A DNA stretch of 43,767 nucleotides, taken from NCBI GenBank assembly GCA_030167865.1, contig JALAGF010006491.1:1-43767 (forward strand), in the 5' to 3' direction. Source of the DNA: Craspedostauros australis. Its lineage: Eukaryota. The notes beneath the pieces were generated by a model, which saw only the letters and a list, made by a program, of their open reading frames with translations, had not been told where the DNA came from and searched no databases. Position numbers and translations under genes: made by a program. Of the stretch, positions 1-10,208 are shown piece by piece (the first letter of the stretch is position 1; the number at the start of each line of letters is the position of its first letter).

Positions 1-2017
1 TGGGCAAAGGGCAGTGAAGAGCAGTCGGCAATGCACAACGAGCTGCGAATGGCATGCATCAGGGCAACAACAACCTCAATAACACTGACATCACAGCGGC
101 AAGGACAATACTCAGTGAGTTGGTGCATTCAGAGCCTTGTGGATGGCTGCGCATTGCGCCTGTGGAATGAACATCACAGTAGTCTTCAGAAGTTGTATAT
201 TTGGCTGATGGTCAATAGCAGAGCGTCTGGCTGGAAGCAACTGATGGGCAGAGAGCACAGCATGCAGTACAGATCTCATCAGTGTATGTCGCAATAGAGG
301 GAGAGCAGTGCATCCCGTCGAAAGCATGAAGGGCAACATCCGGCAGACACCAATGCACATACTAATCACTGGCACCACACAGAATGCAGAGTGCAGACTG
401 CTTCCTGAATCAACCAACTGATGAGAAGACTGCATTCAGCAAGATCCGGGAATATTGTTCTTGATCAACAAGTAGTAGGCAGTTTCCAGAAGAAGCAAAA
501 GGGCTTCCAACCACAGCCAATGAATCCATATACAGCTCAATATCGAGAAGAGTATCTGGCTTCAACTAGCTACTACTGGGTTAGTAGTTAGCACCACCAC
601 ATGGCGTTTGGCAACCAGTAGTGAAGCAATGAAGAACATTCAGAACAGCGAGGAGTATCCAACCACAACCAACAAGTCCACAGAAAAGATCCAACAGGAA
701 GCAACCAGCAGCAGACATAGGATCAAGCATCGAATATACTGCAAAGTAATTGTCAACAATCAAGAAACTACAAATCCCCAACACCAGAGTACCCAACAAA
801 GAAGATAGTGCATGCAGCAAAGTATCTCAAAACGGCCAACATATCACTCTGCATCATTTGGCAGAGAGCAGAGTTCACAGGGCACAGCTGCAGAGCCCGC
901 AGATCCTGCAGGGTACATGACAGAGAACATCCAACTGAGTTCTGTTGGCTACAACCAACGAATCAGCAGAGTATTCAGCAACAATCAGTTGGTCCAGTTT
1001 GAATTGTCATCACCTACATCAATGCCACTCATTGTTCGTTGTGCTCTAATTGATGTTGCTCCTCTGGCATCCCACGGAATGCTGTCTGATGCAGATGCGC
1101 ACCTGCACACACTACAGATTCTGCGTGGCTCAAATGTCAAACAGCATGAGCATCGTACGATCTACAATTCCATCCACAAAATCCATTCCAAACTGTCGCC
1201 GCTCCCAAACACACGAACAAACCAACACAAACGAACACAAATGAATGGGCAGACAAGTGATCACTCCGCACAACAAACAAATCCACAAGTCAGCAGCGCA
1301 AATCAACCAACAAACAAATGATCGAATCCACGAATGGCAGAACACACGGAATGAGCCAACTCCTGCACCAATAGATGCCATTCAAACATACGAGGCCGCT
1401 CTTCACATCCCAAGATCTTTCGCAGCAATGGCCAACTACTGTGCTCATCAGCTGGTCCCCCACAGCCGTCAATGCTGTCAATGCCATCAATGACTGACCA
1501 ACCAACCAAATCCTCCTGCATGCCCAGCAAGAAATGGTGGAATGCATGGTACCATCAATGCATTGAAGCCATCATGCCATACCAAAGGATGCCCACTGCA
1601 GCTAAATCACAAAGATCATCTGTGCCTGTGTTGTCCTTGAGAGTCCGTAACATTCCTTCCATGCTGCTACCACTGTCACACACATGAAAGGATTATCTGA
1701 GAACCTGATTGTGGGGTGCGTGGAGTGCGCAGGGTACCTCCTCGAGAAGCTCTGCAATGGCCATGCCGACGAGCAGTTCATGAAGAATGTCGCCAAGGAC
1801 CCAGGCATCCTCGTCTGCGTCATCAGGTTGATCTGCGCCAACCTCGATGCAGTTCTCGTCTTCTTGTCCATTCAATCGTGGAGGTCATGCGCTTCCAGTA
1901 CATGCACTGGCTTGGAGGTAAGTGTTGATGCACAACTGCAGTCGCAGCAACCCATCACCATCACTGTAGCAATTGCCCATCATGAGTTTGTGTGCTGCGC
2001 TTCAAATACTTGCACAC

Positions 2018-2067
2018 NNNNNNNNNNNNNNNNNNNNNNNNNNNNNNNNNNNNNNNNNNNNNNNNNN
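2018..2067. other. Assembly gap (50 N)
   Basis: Run of 50 N seen directly. Confidence 1.
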
Positions 2068-2141
2068 AACACAATCACACCTATTCTCTCCTTCTCCTTT
2101 TCTCTTCAATCCATACTATTCATCCATTCCACATCATCCTG

Positions 2142-2906
2142 ATGGGACCAAATGCAATGCAATACACAATCGCAGGGTTTCCAGACAACCTCTAGTTCCT
2201 CGTCACCACAGTCATGCAGCACACAACACACTGCACACTTCGCGCAGCACACAGCACACAGGCCTACTCACAAGAACTACTTTGCCTCAATCAACACCAA
2301 CTTCTGTCCATATGCCAGCATTGGCCCAACTGTCGCTACAATCATGTGCAAGCCAGGTGTTGATACCACCATATACCTCACCAATTTTCCTCACTTTGCA
2401 GGAGCATCCTTTTAGAACATGGAAGAGCCGCCAGATGCAGTGTTCCATGTGCTGAGAGCAGAATGAAGTGAGCCACTCCCAAGCACAAGGAGAACCAGCA
2501 GAAGAAGATCGCCATCGCCGCCTTCTCCTTCCCACCCCGCAAGATCAACATTGATACTGCCACCTCCTTCAACACCTTCAACATGGCCAAGGCTATCCTG
2601 CAACAGCTCAAGAGCAAAGGATGTGTTGTCGGTGGTGGCAACAGCATTGATAAAGCCACCAAGGAAGATATGCTGAAGGACATCCCGAAGGATATCATCA
2701 ACAACACCATCAACACTCTGAAAGCAATGCTCTCCTTTCCAGAGCTCAATTTTCCCACCACAGGGATCCAGGCAAGTACTATTCATGATGATGTTTTGAA
2801 TGCAAGCGAGATCCCAACTGCCTCCTCTTTGCCAATTCCGTCAACACTGCTAACCTACATCACAGACTCGCGGCCTACACGTACCCATCACCCGATTCTC
2901 TGTTGA
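2142..2906 (+). pseudogene. Degenerate coding fragment of unknown origin
   Basis: Coding-like tract ...KKIAIAAFSFPPRKINIDTATSFNTFNMAKAILQQLKSKG...DIPKDIINNTINTLKAMLSFPEL, preceded by stops and frame breaks. Many C-AAC codons fit CpG>CpA decay of C-GAC (D>N). Confidence 0.3.
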
Positions 2907-3565
2907 AATTCCCCATTTTCCCAACAGTAACGTGCTCCTGTAACGCTCAGGAGGGATCGATCCTACACTTGCCACATTGTCTGTGAGGGGGATTTTGCTA
3001 TTTCTGTCCTCTGTTCTGGTTCTGTTCTGTACGATCGGGAATTTCTGATGTCACACATTTCGACAAGGGTCATCAGTTTTTTTAGACTGAGAACTGCCTT
3101 TGCTGTGTACAGTAATGTGGCACCTGAGTTGCCCTCTCCTGTTTGCACACGTTCAAACCTCTCCTTTTGAGTTGCAAGCACCGAGTCCCAGAGTTCAATG
3201 TTTGAATGACCATCTGGGGGTGAATACATTGTGAATGACCAAGTTGTTGACTTGCTCATTGCTCAGATCAACGTCCCGGAACTTGGCACTGGTGAACTAT
3301 TGTAGAGCTTGTCAGCAATGCCCTCCATCACCTCTTCCATGACTTGGTCCACTGTTGTTTGTTTGGCGTCATTGGCTTCCATGTTTTGGTTTGGTGTGTT
3401 GCTGCCATGGGACTGTGCATGGAGACCAGAACCAGACCACCATCATTGCAGTTGGCAAAGCTGACACCAATGGGCAAGGATGAGGCTGGTGCTAGTGCGA
3501 CAGGCATCAATGAGATGAATCTGGAGGCAGTGGATGGTTGTTACAAGGAGAACAAAGGTGGAGCT

Positions 3566-3582
3566 GGGGGGGGGGGGGGGGG
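3566..3582 (+). repeat. G17 homopolymer
   Basis: 17 consecutive G seen directly. Confidence 0.9.
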
Positions 3583-6119
3583 AGTAGGTCTCAGCATGGG
3601 GCCTTGAATCACCATGGTCATGGGAGGGAGAAGCTTGTTGGCCATGGTAGAGAATGTGTGTGAGTCGGGCACATGAGTCGTCCTGATCAAGGTGGGGGAA
3701 AAAGATAGCCATGGATACAGTTCTGGCTGCCTCTGTTATCATCATGGTTTGGATCATTGTCTTGCTGGATTCTGTATTCTGGACATTCACTCTTTGTTGG
3801 TTGCTTGTGGTTGGCTCCTGAATTTGGTTTTGGTGTTGATGGGTAGGCTGTCTCTATGCTTGATGGGTGGATTCATGGGTATGGTGGGTATTGTCCTGAA
3901 GGGATCACTGTTGGAGTTGCGATGGAGCTGCGATGAATTTTTCTCTGCTGAGAGGGAAGGGAATGGCGTTTTTTCATCCCCTGGACGCCCGGGTGACCAC
4001 GGGTAACCCCTGAGTGTAAGTGTTGGTAGGAAGATACATGGAGAGGCCATTCAGATATTGGTGGGAGAGCAGAAGAATTGGGGACATCAGCATTTCCTTC
4101 CGTTGGTTCTCTCTTGGGCTTACTCGCACATGGGCATTTGGAGTGCCCTTCCGAGCATGTTTGGGTGTTTGTGTGAATGTGTTGATGTTTGTGCTTGCGA
4201 GTGTGTGATGTTGGATGTGGTGATGTGTATGGTCTGCATTGTTTGTTGGCATGAATGATCACAACATGACCTAGTCGGAGGGGTCGACAATCGCTTGGAC
4301 ATGCACAAACTACACCGGAACAAGAATACACGAAAAAGTCATACTCGTTCCCATTCAACAGTGCAGGTGAATGTGTGTGCGATGTTAGTATGACAAGATA
4401 ACAGTTGGCAAACAATCCTGGTCTATTCTACACAGACGATCAAAATCATGCGGAGTAGAATAGTAGGGCGCGAGTCGAGCCTGCAGCGCACATGATGTTG
4501 TGACGAATGTAGAAGAGTATGATACGAGATCGCTCAGCAAAAACGTGCGGTGCAAAAAAGAAAGAGAAAGCGAGAATCGAACCGAAGCAAAATAATATCG
4601 CGATTGTCCTTTCAGAGTGACCACAATGCATCGCTATGACGGAGCATACAAACTTCAAATACCGTCGATTGCATTCGCACTCCCACGACCAGTGTCGCAA
4701 ACACGCGCTTCGAGATGGATTGGCAAACGCTACGCTTCTGTAACCAAAACACATGCGAAAATCAGCTCTGATCTGAACCAGGTGGAATGAAGACGTCAAT
4801 TCGAACGTCTGTCCAACCATACGCAGCTTTGGCGATGTCACGCACCACGGAACATGTGACATCACACTGTACTTAACGAAATCAAGAACGACGTCATCGC
4901 AGGTTCGACTCCGAATAACGTCCATAACGTTAAAATGAGCACACATTCTTGTTCTCCATCAAGCTTCCCACCAAGCAAAACACAAAGAAAGCGAAAATCA
5001 GATAGAAATGGATTCAAGTTTGGTGACATGATCACCAAACAACCAACGTCTGTCCGCTTGCACCGTATTTTGCCTCTAAAACAGTAAATTGCCACCCTCA
5101 TAACTTTATAACGAAGGCCTGGACTCACCATCTAACACCTGTATCATGTTACCAGCATGATAAAGTATATAACTGTAGGCTTTGATTTTTATGAGGGGTC
5201 GTACAAGCTTGGGCCAAAATGCATTCTGGATGGACCGCACCGCTTTTCGCTCACACGGGTCTTATAGACAGAGGGGATGCAGACCTTTGGGTGCAAGCTA
5301 TTGTCATGTGCACCTGTTGCACAATGACTGTGCACATTTACTGATGTGGCGAAGTATGCACTGGGTGTGGTCTGTGTAAAGCGAACAGAGCACGCGTTGC
5401 ACACTCGGGCTTCACAAACGAGACGCGGAGAAAGTTTGGCACGATCACAACTTGACACGATCGCGATTTTGTGCAGTCACACTTCGACGCGATCGATCGC
5501 ATTCTCTTTCTCTGGCTTGTCCTTGTTCGTGCTACCCGAAGTTGGTTCTTGTGTTGCCAGGGGCCAGCAACCCGCCTCACCTCCACTGGTGGGCAAGTGA
5601 ACACCAGTGGGCAGGAACAGGATGAGATGCGATTCTGTTCCCACCAGTGCTCATGAGCGGCTTCGGTTCGCGGTAGCGCAAAAACAAAGAGCCCACCCTG
5701 TGAGGAATGTTGGCACGACCACGATCGATACAGTTTCAGCCTTCACACCTGCGCCAAACCGCTTGAAGGGCCGAAACTGTTTTGATCGGAGTAGTAGCTG
5801 AGGAGCCCACCCACGAAGACAAGTGGTGCACCTCCAGTACCCACCCGGGCAAGTCAACTTGTGGTCGGTGCTGTGCTATTTCCCAGCAGTGGACTCACCT
5901 GTTTTGGGCAAGGGCACTGCCTGGCTCGCTAGTGACAACAAGCAACTTAGAAATGCGTTGCGACTATGAAGCTAAATTGTGAGTAGGATTATGCACGGAT
6001 GTTGATTTGCTGGTTCGCTTTGCGTTCGCTTTGTCATCTAAAGTTTCTCCTCTTTTGGCTTGAATAGATCGCGTACCCATGTTGTCGACGTCACTGATCG
6101 GTAGGGCAGCCCAAACCAA

Positions 6120-6730
6120 TCATACCCCCTTCCAGGATTCGATTTGAATCAGGATGTTGTCCAGGGCGGTAGTTCTAGTCTGACGGAGATTCTGAGCCTG
6201 GATACCATATGATCCTACATGCTGAAGTTATGGCCATCTACTCTGCACTAGAAAAAAGCAGGTGTGTCCACACCATTCCAACCAAAACGAAAGTACATGC
6301 AGAAGCCCACAATCCACTGTCATGCTTGGTTGTTGAGGTGTATGTATGGTGAATAGCCATGCTTCAAGGAGCAGATGCATAGTGCTTCAGAAATTGCTCA
6401 TGTCAACAGCAGAGCATGCAACAAGTGCTTCTTTTGCAGTCAAATTGAAGCCATGCACCTCATTCTGTGCAAGCGCACTCTTCATTTCTTGCTCAATGCT
6501 TCAGCTGTCTTACACATGATTCTGACTGGCTTGCATGCTCAGGGTGCAAAGTGAATATGCTCCCAGGCACACAGATGACAGTCTCTATTGAGAGCTGCAG
6601 GTGGTGTATTGCTGACACACTCCTTGTTGTGATCCAGATTATGACCACACACCACAAATCCAACAAAGACAGATGCTTTCTCATGCCACTCTGTGCATTG
6701 GTCATCCCACATGCACTTCACCTTGGTTGC
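6120..6730. mobile_element. Short CpG-depleted island, probable old methylated TE remnant
   Basis: 3 CpG in 6181-6720 versus 6 CpG in the single 60-bp line 6781-6840. Edges are sharp; no TIR or TSD was identified. Confidence 0.4.
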
Positions 6731-7188
6731 GTTGTGACTGGACGGTCACAGAAACTTTGACTAGTACGAGACAAATGACTCGTTCGACTCTAAGACTCGC
6801 TCTTCGTGTCTGGAACTTTCGCGAAAGTCTTGTTTGTGTCCTTGTTCGAGATCTTGAAGATCTTTTCTGGGGGGTTGCGGACTGATGTCTGTGGTTGTGG
6901 ATACTGTTGTGGGCATCCTCAACCAGACGGAGGGGTCAGATCAGTTGGCGCCCTTGCCGTCCATCGCACCACGTCCTGCGCGGGATGCATGGTACGAGCC
7001 GGGCAATAGAGAAATACGACAAGAACAATCACCCAAGTGCTGCTACTACCGTACTCCTCGAGGGTTGCAAACATAGTTACTCTCCATACGACACATCCAA
7101 GTCCACGATGATGCAAATTCTGGGACGAACACGCCCGTGTTCCGTGGCAAATCGCCATCATACTTGTACCCGTACCCGTACTCGTACG

Positions 7189-8232
7189 ATGACGATGACG
7201 ATGACAATGATGGTGGTTGCTGCCATCATTGTCCTGGCTTGTCCAACATCGCTGGGCTTTCAGGCCCCACTGCCAGTCGCATCGAGGACCACGTCGCCCA
7301 CATCGGCAGGCAAGTCGCCCGGATTGTTCATGGCAGAGAAGAAGGGCAAGGATGAGCTCAGCAGCGAGTCTATTGCTCGCCAGATCAAGACGCTCAAGGA
7401 ATACAAACCGAAAACAGACATGACCTCTTTTCTGCTGAAGCAAGTCATCAACACGGCCAAGGATGACGACAACAAGTCGACGATGGAGACGACCGTCGCG
7501 ACCGCACAGCTCTTGATGGACCCCAAGCGCCAATCGAAGCTCAAGCGGGAGCTCAAGCAGACGTATCCCTTCCTGCCGGACAAAGTCATCGACACGGCCT
7601 TGGAATTCACGTCCAAGACATTCCAAGATCTTGCCCCGCAAACCATGCAGGAATTTCTGAAACCAGGCGGTTATGCGAAGTACAAGCCGAAGATCGTCGC
7701 GGAGGTGGTGAAGAAAATCATGCCATCCGTCGCCGATCTGCCGCTGTTGTCCGAGGCCGAGAAGAAAGAAATCGTGACCGCGATCGTCGACATCATCTTG
7801 GACTCCGTCTTCGCGGATGTCAAGAACTTGCTGGACGCGCCCGAAGTTCGGCTGGCGGTGCTCGAGCAGGAAATCCGCGACATCGAAGAGCATATGGAAT
7901 GGCAACGCCTGCTGCAGTATCGGGTGAAACGTCATCAGCGGGCCATCGCAGTCGTTGCGAGCGCGCTGGCGGTATCCTTGGTTGCGTACAGCCAGCGCAA
8001 TGCAGCAGTTGTTACTGCAATCAAATCTGGAGTATCGATGGTCTCCGCTGCCATTTTGTCGGTGGTGAATTTTCTGCTCCTCAAGATCAGGTGGGCTCTG
8101 GGCGTGCTGAAGACGGGATTCATCGTGGTCACGGGATGGATCGGCAGCCTGCTTCCAACATCAGCTTCGCAAGGAACTGCGCGCAAGGCCATCAATCAGA
8201 AAGGAAAGCGAGCATTGAAGCGCGCAAGGTGA
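7189..8232 (+). CDS. Putative plastid-targeted membrane protein of unknown function (~347 aa)
   Basis: Part of ORF 6895-8232. From ATG 7189: hydrophobic signal peptide (MTMTMTMMVVAAIIVLACPTSLG), then FQAP (ASAFAP-like), an S/T/R-rich transit peptide, a helical charged body and hydrophobic C-terminal segments (AIAVVASALAVSLVAYS; VSMVSAAILSVVNFLLL). The exact Met start is uncertain. Confidence 0.75.
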   Translation: MTMTMTMMVVAAIIVLACPTSLGFQAPLPVASRTTSPTSAGKSPGLFMAEKKGKDELSSESIARQIKTLKEYKPKTDMTSFLLKQVINTAKDDDNKSTMETTVATAQLLMDPKRQSKLKRELKQTYPFLPDKVIDTALEFTSKTFQDLAPQTMQEFLKPGGYAKYKPKIVAEVVKKIMPSVADLPLLSEAEKKEIVTAIVDIILDSVFADVKNLLDAPEVRLAVLEQEIRDIEEHMEWQRLLQYRVKRHQRAIAVVASALAVSLVAYSQRNAAVVTAIKSGVSMVSAAILSVVNFLLLKIRWALGVLKTGFIVVTGWIGSLLPTSASQGTARKAINQKGKRALKRAR

Positions 8233-8402
8233 ATGTGCATCGGTTGAGGCCTTTCAGTCTGCAGGAATGGACTGCTGCCGCATGTGGTGTTCTATCGCAC
8301 CAGCACCAATGGCCAGTAGAGTACCAAACGTTTACATAGTACTGTCAGTTTATGCTCTTATTCTGTGTGGAATATCATCTTTCGATGGCGATGATAATTC
8401 AT

Positions 8403-9722
8403 TCACCGTTGAACTTGCCCCCATTTGTGTTGCAATACTTGGCCAATTGGCATACCGCAGATCTGCCCGTGAACTTCGTTCGGTGTCATGGACGATCCTG
8501 TGTCAGGCGACTGGTCCCGCAGCAGATAGTACTCCCCGTATGGCAGCGCAGACTCAGCGACTTGTTCCTCTTCGAGACTTTTTTGTGATAAGAGCCCTGG
8601 ATCCTGCTTCAGTCGATCGCGAATGATATCCATCGAAAGATAAGATGGTGGATACGCAAAGTACACCAGCGATGCACGGTACGAAATGCGCGGAGAAACA
8701 ACGCGATGTTTCGGCGAAGGCCAAGTCACGATCGAGTCGTCGTGTGCTGGCGTCTCATGTCGACCTCTCGATCGTGGGAGAATCAAGCTCGTGATATCGC
8801 CGACATGGACAATGCAGCGCCATGAGTTGGTATCGACGTCGGCATCTGTCGGTGATTGCTCGTCGCTGGCCGGGACATCAATCCATCGCTGGCATGCGTG
8901 GCACCAGGTTTGCAAACCACCAATGTGATCTTGCCAAACAATGGTCAAGCTCCCCCAATCGGTGTGCGGCGAGCTACCGAGAACCGTTCTGTTGCGTATT
9001 GCATCCGTCTGAGCATCAGTCGTACTTGTACTTTTACTTTTACTTGCACTTGCGCTTCTATCATCAATGCCACCTTCACCACTTGTTCCAATCGCTCCAG
9101 GTTCATCCACCTGATGATAGTAAAAGATGCGAAGCAAGTCGAGGCAGTTTCCTGCTGCTGCTTCATTGCGACGCTGCCCCGGGGTGGAGCACAGCAGCGT
9201 CTCGGCCGGCCAATGCAACGCATTCTGTATTTGCAAGGCAATATGATGCATGCCTGCAAACCATTCATGATACACCGTCGATGCGTTCATGCTGTTCTTT
9301 GGCATGGATCGCGAATTGACCTCCAGCGATTCCTTCGGTTCCACGATCGAAGGGTCGCCACTCTCCGCGGAATCACCGCGGTACTCGATGCCATTCTCCG
9401 CAAAGTAGCTTCCCTTGTCTTCCCTCTCAAATGCCTGATGGATTGCCTCCCTCGTAGGCGAAGGAATGAAATCCATATCTTCGCCAGAATTTTCCAAGGA
9501 TGATTGGCATGGCGACGGCGACGGCGACGACGGTTGTGACTTTTTCAACGACACAGCCGTTGCAATTGGAGACCAGCCAAACTTCTTCAAGTTGGAGGCG
9601 AGCAATGCACTGCCGAGGTCACCTGGTGGATCCAACTCCGCGCATTGCGGCAGGTTGTTGCAGGTGCATCGGTGTGTCATAGTCAGCGTTATTACATTCG
9701 AGTAGAGTGTAGATCGTGCCAT
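8403..9722 (-). CDS. 2-oxoglutarate/Fe(II)-dependent dioxygenase (isopenicillin N synthase-like / DOXC fold)
   Basis: LLRIFYY, SSPHTDWGSLTIVWQD..GGLQ (HxD), VHVGD, PKHRVVSP (distal His) and RASLVYF (RxS 2OG-binding) occur in canonical order. Confidence 0.9.
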   Translation of the reverse strand: MARSTLYSNVITLTMTHRCTCNNLPQCAELDPPGDLGSALLASNLKKFGWSPIATAVSLKKSQPSSPSPSPCQSSLENSGEDMDFIPSPTREAIHQAFEREDKGSYFAENGIEYRGDSAESGDPSIVEPKESLEVNSRSMPKNSMNASTVYHEWFAGMHHIALQIQNALHWPAETLLCSTPGQRRNEAAAGNCLDLLRIFYYHQVDEPGAIGTSGEGGIDDRSASASKSKSTSTTDAQTDAIRNRTVLGSSPHTDWGSLTIVWQDHIGGLQTWCHACQRWIDVPASDEQSPTDADVDTNSWRCIVHVGDITSLILPRSRGRHETPAHDDSIVTWPSPKHRVVSPRISYRASLVYFAYPPSYLSMDIIRDRLKQDPGLLSQKSLEEEQVAESALPYGEYYLLRDQSPDTGSSMTPNEVHGQICGMPIGQVLQHKWGQVQR

Positions 9723-10208
9723 GCCTCGTACCTGTTGTGATCATCGAGAAGGGGGGACAGGAGCGGTCCCCTCCCCGAGGGTTGCTCTCCTGTTTGCTTC
9801 GCGACATGGAACACATCACCTCGACGACGGATCTGTTTCTTTCGTGTCGCGGATGACGTCACATGGCATCAGGTGGTGTCAAAGGCGTCCAACGAATCAT
9901 CCAAACACAACACACAAAAAGGTGATAACACAGGCAAGGAGACTAGCAATAGCGTGTACTCTGCTTGTATTGGCATGATAAATCGTATTATTCCAGTATG
10001 TATTCTACTTGTATGCTTGCATCATGGCATCATGATTAGCAAGAGAGCTGCATTCTGTTGCCTCGTACTCTTCGCTTCCCGCTTTCCTTGCATTCCAGTC
10101 TTCGCGGACGTGCTCGTAGATTGGTGTTGCGCTCCAAATCCGTCACGATGCGGCTTGCTCACAACCTTTCACCCATCCAACCATGTGTGTGCAAGGAACC
10201 AAATCTGT

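Larger units (their letters stand above)
1..4260. mobile_element. CpG-depleted, decayed repeat/TE-derived region (family not identifiable)
   Basis: Only 4 CpG counted in 3301-3900, with excess TG/CA, whereas genic DNA downstream is CpG-rich. There is no long ORF, only broken coding-like fragments (~2142-2906 +, ~3190-3380 -, 1693-1875 -), and the region spans an assembly gap. TE origin is inferred. Confidence 0.45.

Noticed and set aside
2901..3057. TGTTG...CACA segment as a possible solo LTR
   Set aside because: No matching target-site duplication and no second copy in the window.
2963..3259. ORF MSKSTTWSFTMYSPP... resembling the N-terminus (motif I) of a CRESS-DNA virus Rep
   Set aside because: No in-frame HxQ motif II, no YxxK motif III and no SF3 helicase follows. 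An overlapping frame (FTSAKFRDVDLSNEQVNNLVIHNVF) looks more coding-like. Probably chance in decayed DNA.
4902..4912. GGTTCGACTCC, a Pol III B-box / tRNA T-loop-like motif (a similar one at ~28996-29005 on the minus strand)
   Set aside because: No T-stem, acceptor stem or properly spaced A-box; a cloverleaf cannot be drawn.
6919..7935. 338-aa - strand ORF (likewise 24863-25804 +, 26019-27137 -, 31875-32846 +, 42494-43297 -)
   Set aside because: Antisense or alternative-frame shadows of better-supported GC-rich coding sequences.
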